Shown here one piece after another: positions 38,049 through 47,912 of a DNA stretch of 64,000 nt. The translations under genes and the position numbers were made by a program. The notes beneath the pieces are model-generated. The model was not told where the DNA came from, did no database searches, and was given only the letters and a program-made list of their open reading frames with translations. Positions within the stretch are counted from its first letter, which is position 1. The number at the start of each line of letters is the position of its first letter. The stretch is from Patescibacteria group bacterium (GTDB lineage Bacteria > Patescibacteriota > Minisyncoccia > Phycocordibacterales > BOKC01): the NCBI GenBank assembly GCA_038062955.1, contig JBBTWE010000001.1, forward strand, positions 554,271-618,270, in the 5' to 3' direction.

Positions 38049-39563
38049 TTGCCTTTTAACTTTACTTTTATGAAACGTCCCTCTAATTGGGTCCTAGGCT
38101 TCATCTCCGCATTTATTATCGGAGTATTCATTCAATCTTTCCTAAATTTCACAGGTCTTTATCTTTTTTTTCTCGAACTAGCCTTAATATTTGGGGGAAT
38201 TTCACTTCTCCATTTCTTTCAAAAAAATAGAATCTCTCTCACTTTTGGTTTTTTAACACTAATACTTATCGCTTCCTCTTTAGGGATTCTTAGAACAGAA
38301 AAAGTTCTATTACCAAAAGATAATCTAGAAAAATCTCGTGATACTGGAGAAATTATAACCTTTATCGGAACTATCGTAGAAGAACCTGACATAAGAGACA
38401 CCAACATAAAATACACCGTTTTAGTTGAAGAAATTGATGAGAGAATCTTAATTACTGCTAAAATTTTTCCAGAGTTAGAGTACAAAGATAGAATAAAGTT
38501 GTCTGGAAAATTAGAAACACCGAAAGAATTCCCAGAATTTAACTATCGAGAATTCTTAATTAAAGACAAAATACACACCGTTTTATACGATCCAGAAATT
38601 GAGTTAATCGAAAAAAAGAATTTTTCTTTTTATCAAAAAATTCTAGACATTAAAAATATTTTAAGACGCTCCACAGAAAAAATTCTGCCTTATCCATACA
38701 GTGAAATTTTAAAAGCGATGATGCTCGGCGATACCAGTTCTCTTCCTCAAGATGTAAAAGATATTTATAAAAATGTTGGTTTAAGCCATATTCTGGCAAT
38801 TTCCGGAAGTCACATCACTATAATTGCCGGAATTTTATTTTCTCTCTTAAACCTTACTAGATTTAGAAAAAAATCTTTTTACATAATTTTGAGCGTGCTC
38901 ATTTTCTATATCGTACTAATCGGGTATCCTGCTTCCGCGGTAAGAGCTGGTATTATGGCCGGAATTTTACTCTTGGGTGAAAAATTAAAACGGCCTTACT
39001 TTATAGAAAGAGGTCTTTTGGTCGCAGCCTTTTTAATGCTTATAATAAATCCTTTGTTCTTACGATACGACATTGGATTTCAGTTATCTTTTCTCGCAGT
39101 TCTAGGCATATCGCAAACCCAAAATATTTTTAAAGATTTTTTCAATAAATTTTTCCGAGGAAAATTACTGTGGTTTCAGGATGTTTTGGCGATCACTTTG
39201 GCTGCTCAAATCTACACTTTACCACTTGTTATATATAACTTTGGTTTCTTTTCTTTATTCTCTCCTCTGGTCAACATTCTAGTTGTTCCAACCTTGCCGA
39301 TGCTCACAATTTTGAGTTTTATCGCGATCTTTGCCGGCGTAATCTGGAGTTTCTTGGGAATTCTCCTTGCTCTGCCTGTTTATCTAATTCTGGTTTACAT
39401 ACAAAAAATAAGTATCTTTTTCGGAAGCATTCATTTAAATTCAATAACAATAGAATCTTTGAGCTTCTTTTGGGTGATTATTCTTTACCTCGTTATTGGA
39501 CTAACAGTCTGGCGTCTCAAAAAGCGGAATAAACGTGCATTACAAAACTCGTCTAATCAATAG
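38049..39563 (+). CDS. comEC: ComEC/Rec2 competence channel domain protein (DUF4131 plus competence domain, no MBL domain)
   Basis: 504 aa polytopic. Competence-domain motifs (LGDTSSLP..., LSHILAISGSHITI). Confidence 0.75.
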   Translation: MPFNFTFMKRPSNWVLGFISAFIIGVFIQSFLNFTGLYLFFLELALIFGGISLLHFFQKNRISLTFGFLTLILIASSLGILRTEKVLLPKDNLEKSRDTGEIITFIGTIVEEPDIRDTNIKYTVLVEEIDERILITAKIFPELEYKDRIKLSGKLETPKEFPEFNYREFLIKDKIHTVLYDPEIELIEKKNFSFYQKILDIKNILRRSTEKILPYPYSEILKAMMLGDTSSLPQDVKDIYKNVGLSHILAISGSHITIIAGILFSLLNLTRFRKKSFYIILSVLIFYIVLIGYPASAVRAGIMAGILLLGEKLKRPYFIERGLLVAAFLMLIINPLFLRYDIGFQLSFLAVLGISQTQNIFKDFFNKFFRGKLLWFQDVLAITLAAQIYTLPLVIYNFGFFSLFSPLVNILVVPTLPMLTILSFIAIFAGVIWSFLGILLALPVYLILVYIQKISIFFGSIHLNSITIESLSFFWVIILYLVIGLTVWRLKKRNKRALQNSSNQ

Positions 39564-39589
39564 TTTTTGAGAGACATTGCGGAGGCGAG

Positions 39590-39720
39590 TCAGAAATTTT
39601 ATATCACGAAGTGATATAAAATCTTCCGACATGATTTCTGTAGTGCAAATCGCGTCGTAAATTTTACACAACTACGTTGTGAAAAATCTTCCGACGTGAT
39701 TTCTGTAGTGCAGAAATCAC
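39590..39720. repeat. Two inverted-orientation copies of the ATCACGAAGTGATATAAAAT / CCGACATGATTTCTGTAGTGCA modules
   Basis: Shared with MITE internal modules (31161, 50455, 62366) and with 19981. Confidence 0.6.
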
Positions 39721-40460
39721 CACCCCTTAAGAACTTCTCTTTCTTCCTCCTGATTCGCAACTTTTTTAAACTTAGCCCCTTTAACCCCCAAAACTATTCT
39801 TTTGCATTCATCCCAAGTCTTATGAGTCATTATTTTTCCATCAACCTTACTTAGATAATATCCAATTTTCGGGGCACGAGATTTTGATTTCTTTTTTAAC
39901 GCAGTTTTAATCTTAATATCGAAAATATCTTTAATTTTATAATCTTTAAAATCGCCAGAAAAAAGTTCGGGAATTTTACCTTCTGCAAAACCCCCAGCAA
40001 TTTCATCTACTCTTTCATTACCCGGAATTCCACTATGACCGGCGACATGTATCCATTCCACGGGTCGGATTTTGGTTTGCTCTAAAAGCTCCTCCCACAA
40101 ATCTTTATTTAAAACCGGCTCTTTATTCATCGTAACCCAATTGCGCCTCTCCCATGAGAAGACCCATTTGGTAATGCCGTTTATAACATAACTTGAATCA
40201 GTGTGGACTTTGATAGAATGCCGCGTCGCCAAATTAGACGCATGCAATAATTCTAAACCTTTTATCGCAGCCATAAGTTCCATTCGGTTATTGGTAGTAT
40301 GCTTCTCTCTCCCACCCACTTCTTTCACTGTGTAATCATTTTCTTTTGGAATCAAAACAACTGCCCCATAACCTCCTGGCCCAGGATTACCTAATGACGC
40401 ACCATCAGCAAAAATAACAATACTATCTGAACTATTTTGAATATTTTTTTTCTTAATCAT
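39717..40460 (-). CDS. rnhA: Ribonuclease HI with C-terminal hybrid-binding-domain-like extension
   Basis: RNase H catalytic residues (FADGASLGNPG..., TNNRMEL, HTDS, HSG..NE.VD). C-terminal YYLSKVDGKIMTHKTWDECKRIVLGVKGAKFKKV resembles the HBD/caulimovirus-viroplasmin motif normally N-terminal in RNase H1. Track start 40535 lies in a repeat, so trimmed to ATG 40460. Confidence 0.75.
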   Translation of the reverse strand: MIKKKNIQNSSDSIVIFADGASLGNPGPGGYGAVVLIPKENDYTVKEVGGREKHTTNNRMELMAAIKGLELLHASNLATRHSIKVHTDSSYVINGITKWVFSWERRNWVTMNKEPVLNKDLWEELLEQTKIRPVEWIHVAGHSGIPGNERVDEIAGGFAEGKIPELFSGDFKDYKIKDIFDIKIKTALKKKSKSRAPKIGYYLSKVDGKIMTHKTWDECKRIVLGVKGAKFKKVANQEEEREVLKGW

Positions 40461-40474
40461 AAATTTCTTTGAAT

Positions 40475-40595
40475 TACAAAACTCGTCGAAATCATAGTTT
40501 TTGAGAGACATTGCGCAGGCTGGCGAGCCGAGCATAGCAAAAATCTAGCAAGATTTTATGCGCGTCTATCAAAAACTTATGATGAGAAAGGGTTT
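40475..40595. repeat. Dispersed repeat family D
   Basis: Near-identical to 62478-62630 except that the latter carries a 32-bp insert also present at 5540-5570. Partial copy at 39555-39583. Confidence 0.7.
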
Positions 40596-40611
40596 TGTAA
40601 TTCAAGGTAAT

Positions 40612-42324
40612 TTATAAAAATACGTCGATAATCCTCAACCTTAATTCTTTTCTTCCTCCAAAAGAAGATTTTTCGAGCGAAGCTACCAGATTCACTTTAG
40701 CATCTGGAAGCAGGAGCCCCAACTTATCTGTACTTACAAAAAAACAAATTCCTTTTACTCTTGTGCCTTTTAAGCCTAGTTCCAAATGATTTTTCTGCTT
40801 TCCAAAAATCTTAACATACCCCACCTCTGCCTGCTCAATTAAAAAAATCGGTTTGGGATTGCTCATTCCAAAGGGGGCGAGCTTATCAATCAAATCAAAT
40901 GTCTTCCAAGTAAGATCGGTGAGAGATAATTTTTCATCTATCGGTGTTTTTGCTCTTTCTCTTCCAGAGGAAGCTTCCTCGGCACAAATTGATTCGTAAG
41001 ATTTCAAAATTGCTTCTGGGAGTGTATGTATTTTTTCAAAAGAAACAGAAAATCCTCCAGCCGCTTTGTGTCCCCCAAATTGCAAAAATTCTCCCGAAAT
41101 TCTCTCCATTATAGCGAGCGTGTTTATCTTTCCATCCCCCCTACATGATCCTTTAATAATTTCCTCCCCATCACGGCCCCAGAGAAACACTGGTTTGCAA
41201 AAATCTTCCACCAAAGAGCCTGCGACTAGCCCCAAAAGAGACGGTCGCCACTTTGGGTTCCCAAGCACTATAACTTTTTCGAAACGCCCAGTATCTTCTT
41301 TGATTCTTGCTCTAACTTCTTTGGCCATTCCTGCGACCACCCCTTTCCTCTCATCATTTATTTTATTTAAAATGTCAGTCTTTTCCCAAGCAATTGTTTC
41401 ATCTGTCGTGGATAAAAGGTGGAAAGCGTCCCGAGGGTTCCCCATCCGACTTGCGGCATTTATCCGGGGCGTGATCATAAATCCAATATCATCTTCAGAT
41501 GCCGAAGATTGATTCACTCCAACTTTTCGAAACAGTCGCTTGAGCCCAGGACGACGAGATTTTCGCAGGACCTTAAGCCCAAAATAAGCCAAAATTCTGT
41601 TTTCACCCAAAAGTGGAACCATATCTGAAAGTGTTGCGAGCCCGGCCATATCGAGAAACCATTTTTCGGCACCCTCTTTCCAAGGAAAAACTTTTTGACC
41701 TGATGCAAGTACTCCTTGGACCAATTTAAAAGCTGTAGCGGCCCCGCAAATCATTGTAAAAGGATATTTAGAGTCTGGATGTTTGGGATTTATAACTGCG
41801 AACGCCTCCGGCAATTTTGTTTTTGGCTCATGATGGTCAGTGATAATCACATCGATGCCAGAATCCTGGGCCATTCTCACTTGCTCTATGTCCGCAATCC
41901 CGCAATCAATCGTGATAATTAATTTGACCTCATCTTTGGAAAAATTTTCAATCGCTTTGAGATGGAATCCGAACCCTTCTAAATGTCGGTCTGGAATATA
42001 GTTGGTAAAATTCTCGTGCCCTGCCGCCCTAAAAAAATCATGGAGAATTACCGCGCCAGGAATTCCGTCAGCATCATAATCGCTATAAATAACTATTTTT
42101 TCTTTCTTTTCGATCGCTTGGAGAATTCTTTTAACCGCCTTTTCCATATCAGCGAGCAAATACGGGTCATGCAAACTGGCATAATCAGGATTTAAAAAAG
42201 TTTCGATTTCTTTTTTTTCCGTAATACCTCGGATGGAAAGCAATTTTCTAAGTAATGGAGATAAATTATCCTCTTTTAAATTATTGGATGTAAAGACATC
42301 GGTATTTAAGGAGTATTTATCCAT
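40612..42324 (-). CDS. recJ: Single-stranded-DNA-specific exonuclease RecJ
   Basis: DHH (ITDHHEP) and DHHA1 motifs, 570 aa. Confidence 0.85.
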   Translation of the reverse strand: MDKYSLNTDVFTSNNLKEDNLSPLLRKLLSIRGITEKKEIETFLNPDYASLHDPYLLADMEKAVKRILQAIEKKEKIVIYSDYDADGIPGAVILHDFFRAAGHENFTNYIPDRHLEGFGFHLKAIENFSKDEVKLIITIDCGIADIEQVRMAQDSGIDVIITDHHEPKTKLPEAFAVINPKHPDSKYPFTMICGAATAFKLVQGVLASGQKVFPWKEGAEKWFLDMAGLATLSDMVPLLGENRILAYFGLKVLRKSRRPGLKRLFRKVGVNQSSASEDDIGFMITPRINAASRMGNPRDAFHLLSTTDETIAWEKTDILNKINDERKGVVAGMAKEVRARIKEDTGRFEKVIVLGNPKWRPSLLGLVAGSLVEDFCKPVFLWGRDGEEIIKGSCRGDGKINTLAIMERISGEFLQFGGHKAAGGFSVSFEKIHTLPEAILKSYESICAEEASSGRERAKTPIDEKLSLTDLTWKTFDLIDKLAPFGMSNPKPIFLIEQAEVGYVKIFGKQKNHLELGLKGTRVKGICFFVSTDKLGLLLPDAKVNLVASLEKSSFGGRKELRLRIIDVFL

Positions 42325-42391
42325 AATGTGAGAGATTATAGCACGGTCAAATAGCGATTTTTCATTAATTTGGTATTATTTACCCAAACAA

Positions 42392-42760
42392 ATGGAGGAT
42401 AAAAACTGTATTTTTTGTAAAATAGTTAAAAAAGAAATTCCAGCAAATATTGTCTATGAAGACAATGATTTTCTAGCCTTTTTGGATATTCACCCACAAT
42501 CCCCTGGGCACACCCAAGTGATTCCCAAAAAACATTTTAGATATGTATGGGATGTTCCGAATGCCGGAGAATATTTTGAAATAGCAAAAAAAGTGGCTCT
42601 AGCCCAGAGAAAAGCATTTAAGACTGACTGGATTTTAAGCAAAATTGTTGGAGATGAAGTTGAACACGCACACATTTGGGTTTTTCCCGGAAACGATGCG
42701 ATTGGAGACAAAAACGACTTCAAACAAAACGCCGAGGAAATTATTAAAAATTTGGATTAA
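42392..42760 (+). CDS. HIT family (histidine triad) hydrolase
   Basis: HAHIWVFP triad, 122 aa. Confidence 0.8.
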   Translation: MEDKNCIFCKIVKKEIPANIVYEDNDFLAFLDIHPQSPGHTQVIPKKHFRYVWDVPNAGEYFEIAKKVALAQRKAFKTDWILSKIVGDEVEHAHIWVFPGNDAIGDKNDFKQNAEEIIKNLD

Positions 42761-42761
42761 C

Positions 42762-42835
42762 CCGCCAAAATTTTTGCGGAGCAAAAACTTAGGAGGGTAA
42801 AAGAAAAGCCCCACACCAAGTGTGGAGCCGGAGTT
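42762..42835. repeat. Family C repeat copy 2
   Basis: TTAACCCGCCAAAATTTTTGC...GGAGGGTAAAAGAAAAGCCCC. Confidence 0.65.
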
Positions 42836-42855
42836 CAACGCATATCTCCAAAGCG

Positions 42856-43512
42856 TTAGTAGCAGAACCAGATTGCCGTCGTGACGAGCCAGCTCAATTC
42901 ATTGCCTGACTCGCCGATTAGCATTCCTTGGTTCTTCTTGTTCCAACCATCCTGTCGTGCCGCGAGCCAAATCTCAACTAGCCTCGTGCAAACAGTGATG
43001 TGACCTATCGTGAGAGTCGCACCTGCCAAACCGTCTTTTCGACCTGCAACGATGATGCAGTACCCGATAAACAGTTGAGGCACACTCTTGAGTAGCAACG
43101 CGATAATGCCTCTGGTGATCGGTTCAGAAACTGTCGCAACGAGCGACCCTTTCCGTCGTGTTACCAGTAGCACCGCGAGACTAACGAGAATCAAAATGGT
43201 GAGTATCGTGTCTTGTCTCGACCACGTGCCCTTGATGGCGATGATGGCGAACAAAGTAAGCCAGAGCAGCAACCAGTTTGCATACACGAGCACCACCTGA
43301 CCAGCCTTTCGACTCTTCGACTGTTCATAAGCTCCGAGAGCCAAGAACAAATTGATGAGAACGAATGCCGAGCAGAACATGGTCCATGTAATGGTCATGC
43401 CCGCAGTGCTCTCAAGAGAACGGATGACTTGCGGCACAGTGAAGGCCCAAGCCATTGATAGCTGGAACCAGAAAAGCAGGTCGCCAGCTAGCCGCTTGTT
43501 TTCGGCAGACAT
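42856..43512 (-). CDS. GC-rich polytopic membrane protein, possible PQ-loop repeat family
   Basis: 218 aa, about 7 TM. Two PQ motifs (VPQVIR, VPQLFI) about 110 aa apart. Local GC about 52%. Confidence 0.4.
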   Translation of the reverse strand: MSAENKRLAGDLLFWFQLSMAWAFTVPQVIRSLESTAGMTITWTMFCSAFVLINLFLALGAYEQSKSRKAGQVVLVYANWLLLWLTLFAIIAIKGTWSRQDTILTILILVSLAVLLVTRRKGSLVATVSEPITRGIIALLLKSVPQLFIGYCIIVAGRKDGLAGATLTIGHITVCTRLVEIWLAARQDGWNKKNQGMLIGESGNELSWLVTTAIWFCY

Positions 43513-43653
43513 TGGAAACCTCTTTCGGTTGATTGTTTGAAGGAACTCAAATCCTTTACTAGGATAGCATACTTGCTACTTGTTTGTCAATAGAATCTTA
43601 TGGCTTTAAATAAGGCCTGATTTGGCAAGATATGCTGAAAAAGAGCTCAGAAT

Positions 43654-44046
43654 TTACTTAGGGATATAGTATAAATCCTCTTCAAATTCATAACCAATTG
43701 ATTCCTGACCCCATTCTTTTGCCCAAACTGCTATTCGTTCGAAAAGTTTGTTTTGATTTTTCTTGAATGCTTCATCTGTAGCAAAAGATACTACACGTAC
43801 AAAATGTTCTTTTATAATTTTGTCTTCTCCTTTTTTACGAATCACATATCCCCCCGTGAGATCATACACATTGTATCCGCCAAAGAGACTAGCCAAAAAT
43901 GAACAGACCTCGTCAACTCTTTGAATAAGCTTTTCACGAGAAAGTTGTTCAGAAATATTACTAGTTGATGGGACATATACTGCCTGTTGTATAGGCAAAT
44001 GTATAAATTTACTTTCTTGTTCTTTCGTTAAATTTAGAACTACCAT
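43654..44046 (-). CDS. Hypothetical protein
   Basis: 130 aa, no recognisable motif. Confidence 0.4.
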   Translation of the reverse strand: MVVLNLTKEQESKFIHLPIQQAVYVPSTSNISEQLSREKLIQRVDEVCSFLASLFGGYNVYDLTGGYVIRKKGEDKIIKEHFVRVVSFATDEAFKKNQNKLFERIAVWAKEWGQESIGYEFEEDLYYIPK

Positions 44047-44076
44047 AAGTTTGTATAATTAACTTATAAATACATC

Positions 44077-45210
44077 TTAGTCCCTCATTAGAACTTCGAT
44101 GCCAGGCAGTGTTTCTTTCAGGAGAAATTCCAACATTGCGCCTCCGCCGGTAGATATAAACTTGAATTTATCTTGAAGATTGAGAGTTGAAATAGCGGCT
44201 AAAGTATCCCCCCCTCCTACCACTGCTTCCACTTTACTTTCGGCAATTATTTTGGCTAATTCCGAAGTTCCTTCGATATACCCTTCTTCATAATTCCCTA
44301 TGGGCCCATTCCAAACCACAATCTTGGAATTTTTTATTACCTTCTTTAGATTTAAAATGGTTTCCGGTCCTGCATCTTCTATTATTTCATCAGCTAAAAC
44401 ATTTTCTGATTTTTTTATTTCTTTTTGACCTTTTTTATTTTTAACCACCACATCAATTGGTAAAATAATTCGTTTACTTTCCAATATTTCTTTTAAGTCA
44501 AAATTACCTTCCGAAACTAGTGATTTTCCAATTTCAAGACCTTTTTCTTTAAAAAAATTATGAGCTAATGCCCCGCCGACAAATACCTTATCAAAGTGTT
44601 TTAAAACTTTCTTGATTAAAGGAATTTTAGTCTCAAACTTTGACCCACCCAGAATAAACAGAGATGGGTGAGCCGGATTAAAAGCTTCCGACAGATTTTC
44701 AACTTCATTTTGAAACAAGAAGCCAGCAAATGAGGGTAGATATTTAGAAATCCCAACTATCGAAGCATGATTTCGATGCGAAACTGAAAATGCTTCGTTC
44801 ACAAAAATATCTCCAAACGATGAGAGTTTTTTGGCAAATTCAGGATCGTTTGTTTTTTCGCCAGGATTGAATCTTAAATTCTCAAAAAGCACTGTGTCCC
44901 CTTCTTTCGTTTTTGAAATAGATGTCTCAAGTTCTGAAAAATCAGAAGCAAACGCAATTCGGGGTATATATTTCTTTAAAAACTCAAATATTGGTTTTAG
45001 ACTTCCCGGCTTGCCTGATTTTTCTTCGAAATGGCTAAGTAAAATAATCTTAGCCTTGTTTTTTATTAAAAAATTTATTGTTGGCAAAGTTTGCTTGATC
45101 CTAAAATCATCTCTTATCTTTCCATTTTGAACGGGCACGTTCAAATCAACTCGGAGGAGAATCCTTTTACCAGTTAAATTTGTTCCATCTTTGAGGCTTC
45201 TTATCTGCAT
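44077..45210 (-). CDS. pgk: Phosphoglycerate kinase
   Basis: RVDLNVP, GGGA motifs. Confidence 0.9.
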   Translation of the reverse strand: MQIRSLKDGTNLTGKRILLRVDLNVPVQNGKIRDDFRIKQTLPTINFLIKNKAKIILLSHFEEKSGKPGSLKPIFEFLKKYIPRIAFASDFSELETSISKTKEGDTVLFENLRFNPGEKTNDPEFAKKLSSFGDIFVNEAFSVSHRNHASIVGISKYLPSFAGFLFQNEVENLSEAFNPAHPSLFILGGSKFETKIPLIKKVLKHFDKVFVGGALAHNFFKEKGLEIGKSLVSEGNFDLKEILESKRIILPIDVVVKNKKGQKEIKKSENVLADEIIEDAGPETILNLKKVIKNSKIVVWNGPIGNYEEGYIEGTSELAKIIAESKVEAVVGGGDTLAAISTLNLQDKFKFISTGGGAMLEFLLKETLPGIEVLMRD

Positions 45211-45986
45211 TATATTATAGACAAAATATCTAGAATTTCAGCGATCTTTTGAGACTCCAAACTAGATCTTCCTGCTAATATACCGCTAACATGGCCTTCA
45301 GAAATGATATCTTTCACATTAAAAGGAGAGACTGAACCACCATAAACTATCGGGGTTTTAAAAGCTTCAACTTGACCAAACATTTCGGAGAGTATTTTTC
45401 TTATAAAAATGGCCATTTGATAAAGATCTTCGCCTTTCATTGATTCACTTTCATTTTTACCTATAGCCCAAATTGGTTCGTAGGCGATAATAATCTTTTG
45501 TAGATCCGATTTTTTAATTTTGTTTAGAGTGTCTTTTATTTGAATTTTCAGTGTTTCAAAAAATTTGCCATCAATATCATGTTCCTTTTCACCAATACAA
45601 ATTATCGGAGTAAGCCCTGCCCCAAGCGCAATTTTTATTTTTTTATTCACTTCCTCATTAGTTTCTCCCATAGATCGTCTCTCCGAATGGCCCAAAATAA
45701 CATATTTCACACCAGCGTCTCTAAGCATCGAAGCGCTTATTTCTCCAGTAAAAGGTCGGCTGCCTGTTTCTGGATTGTCCCAAAAAACATCCTGGGCGCC
45801 GAGTTTTAAGGAAGAAACCTTGTCTATTTTATTTTTAAGATCCGAGAGATATACAAATGGAGGACAAACGACGATATCGATTTTAGGAAATTTCTTAGAT
45901 AATTTCTTAATTTCTGAAAAAATCTTCCTGGCTAAAATCAGGTTTTCAGGATTCATCTTCCAATTACCGATTATAATTTTCTTCAT
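45210..45986 (-). CDS. tpiA: Triosephosphate isomerase
   Basis: NWKMN, AYEPIWAIG, YGGSV motifs. Confidence 0.9.
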   Translation of the reverse strand: MKKIIIGNWKMNPENLILARKIFSEIKKLSKKFPKIDIVVCPPFVYLSDLKNKIDKVSSLKLGAQDVFWDNPETGSRPFTGEISASMLRDAGVKYVILGHSERRSMGETNEEVNKKIKIALGAGLTPIICIGEKEHDIDGKFFETLKIQIKDTLNKIKKSDLQKIIIAYEPIWAIGKNESESMKGEDLYQMAIFIRKILSEMFGQVEAFKTPIVYGGSVSPFNVKDIISEGHVSGILAGRSSLESQKIAEILDILSII

Positions 45987-46066
45987 ATGAGTTTAGGTTA
46001 ACTTCGTAACTTACGGAATATTTTAGCACGTTTTTATAGTTATTGAAGAAAAAATAGAGAATATTA

Positions 46067-46208
46067 AAACTTTCAGATTCCTGCCTGCCGGCAGGCAGGT
46101 GAGACAAGTTTTTTAATAAAACCGAGCACCGAAACGAGACGTATTACCTATACGATGAAGTGAGGCGCGGAGGTTTTAGTAAAAAAATTGGCCAAATATG
46201 GAAGTTCT
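46067..46208. mobile_element. MITE-like element abutting a pilin-like gene stop
   Basis: TIR AAACTTTCAGATTC / CCAAATATGGAAGTTC. Contains the 20-bp CCTGCCTGCCGGCAGGCAGG palindrome and a GACGTATTACCTATACG module. Confidence 0.55.
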
Positions 46209-47751
46209 AAAGCTCTTCCCAAGAAATGGTGGAATACTGATCCGATGTAAGTGGAAAACTAGGCGGTGGACCAAACAATAGATTGGCGTCATAAACAATA
46301 TTCCTTGTGCAGTAACCACTACCTATATTTCCGATTGTTCCTCCACAGTTCCAATTAGATCCAGTGTAGGTAAAACCGTATCGCTGACTAGTTGCAATCA
46401 TGCCGTACAAATTGATTTGTTGTCTATGATAACTGCTACTACAACTAGTATTGTAATAGTAACGCCCAACCCTTCCACTTTGAGCAATTAATGCGGCATC
46501 AATATCTAGAGAATCGGCGCTATAAAGACCGATGTTTATATTATTTTGTGCAATTAAAGCAATAACATCGGTTCCGTTAGTATTCGTATAATTTAAACTA
46601 TCAGTCATTGTGATACTGGTCCTGGTTGCCGCCACATCCGGAAATCTACCCGAAGCAACCGTAACTCTATCTCCGTTTATAGTACCTGAAACCCAAGCAT
46701 GATCTTCAACAAAAATTAAACCGTTCGAGGGAATTTGGTAAGTTCCGATTAAGGTTGTAGATCCTCCGGTTGTGCCGATACTCCAAGTTCCCCAACCTAT
46801 CTGGGTGTCGGTAGCAGGTGGAGCTGGCGCTGCTGGTTTAGTGCATCCACCAGGTGGGTTTCTTAATGTGTTGATTCTATAAATTGAAAAAGTATCCGTC
46901 CCATTTGAAACTGGATTAAAAACTATTCTATATCCAAGCCCGCCAGACGCGGCAAAATAACGCCCGGAAGATTGAGCGCTAGCCTTAATTTGAGCTAGAT
47001 CAGTTGTAAGCCCGACGAAATCCACTGCTGGCACTGGAAATTGCCGGCCGGCTTCAAAAACGTCAGGACGATATGGCACAGGAGTTGTTGGTGGCGCTTC
47101 ATTTGGTCGAAAAGTATCATTTATACCTGTTCCCGGAGGAGCGTTCACATGAGTATGCACACCAAATTCATTTCCACCAGCATGATCTGGATCGTCATAA
47201 TCCGATCGAGCACTTGAGATTATGTTGTGAGATAGACCATCAAATCGAATACCGCCATTTGAATGTATCTGACCAAAAATTTCCGTACCAGCACCAAAAC
47301 GCATATCGCTATTCGAAACAAAAGCATATTTTGCTAAAGATGGAATAGCGAGTCTGGTGCGAATTGTTCTTTGTATCGAAAGATCTTCTACCACAGTACC
47401 TGTAGATTCAATTGTAACAATGGTCGAACCTGATAGCGGAGGTGTAATTGAGAGTGAGAAAGTGCCAATTTTAACACCGTTTTTATCATTAAAATCGTGG
47501 ATGTAAGGGCCGGGATTCCCTGTTCCATCTGTGAAGTCTTGGGGGTCGTGTGCCAAATGCCAACGGTAATAATCAACACCGGCTTCAGCAATTTGAATAG
47601 ATTTTTCTCTTAAAATTGATCTTTTTGCTAATTTTATATTTGCTCCGCTCCAAGAAGAAAGCCCTCCTATGATTAAAACCGCCAAGGCGGCAAATATCAC
47701 TGTTTGGACGAGCATGAAACCTGAATTAGCATTAGAATTAAAAGTTTTCAT
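46207..47751 (-). CDS. Large type IV pilin-like (pseudopilin / minor pilin) protein
   Basis: Class III signal NSG|FMLVQTVIFAALAVLIIGG, then a 480-aa Gly/Thr/Ser-rich beta-rich domain. Confidence 0.65.
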   Translation of the reverse strand: MKTFNSNANSGFMLVQTVIFAALAVLIIGGLSSWSGANIKLAKRSILREKSIQIAEAGVDYYRWHLAHDPQDFTDGTGNPGPYIHDFNDKNGVKIGTFSLSITPPLSGSTIVTIESTGTVVEDLSIQRTIRTRLAIPSLAKYAFVSNSDMRFGAGTEIFGQIHSNGGIRFDGLSHNIISSARSDYDDPDHAGGNEFGVHTHVNAPPGTGINDTFRPNEAPPTTPVPYRPDVFEAGRQFPVPAVDFVGLTTDLAQIKASAQSSGRYFAASGGLGYRIVFNPVSNGTDTFSIYRINTLRNPPGGCTKPAAPAPPATDTQIGWGTWSIGTTGGSTTLIGTYQIPSNGLIFVEDHAWVSGTINGDRVTVASGRFPDVAATRTSITMTDSLNYTNTNGTDVIALIAQNNINIGLYSADSLDIDAALIAQSGRVGRYYYNTSCSSSYHRQQINLYGMIATSQRYGFTYTGSNWNCGGTIGNIGSGYCTRNIVYDANLLFGPPPSFPLTSDQYSTISWEEL

Positions 47752-47912
47752 ATTATTTGAGTCTTCAGAAATTTAATACTTAGTATGCTGAGAGTAAGAA
47801 TTTTCAATTTTCCAATGACCAATTATCAATAGTTTGGTAATTGAGATTTGGAGCTTGATTGATAATTGTGTATTGATAATTGATAATTTTGTCTTAAATC
47901 TTGAATCATAAC

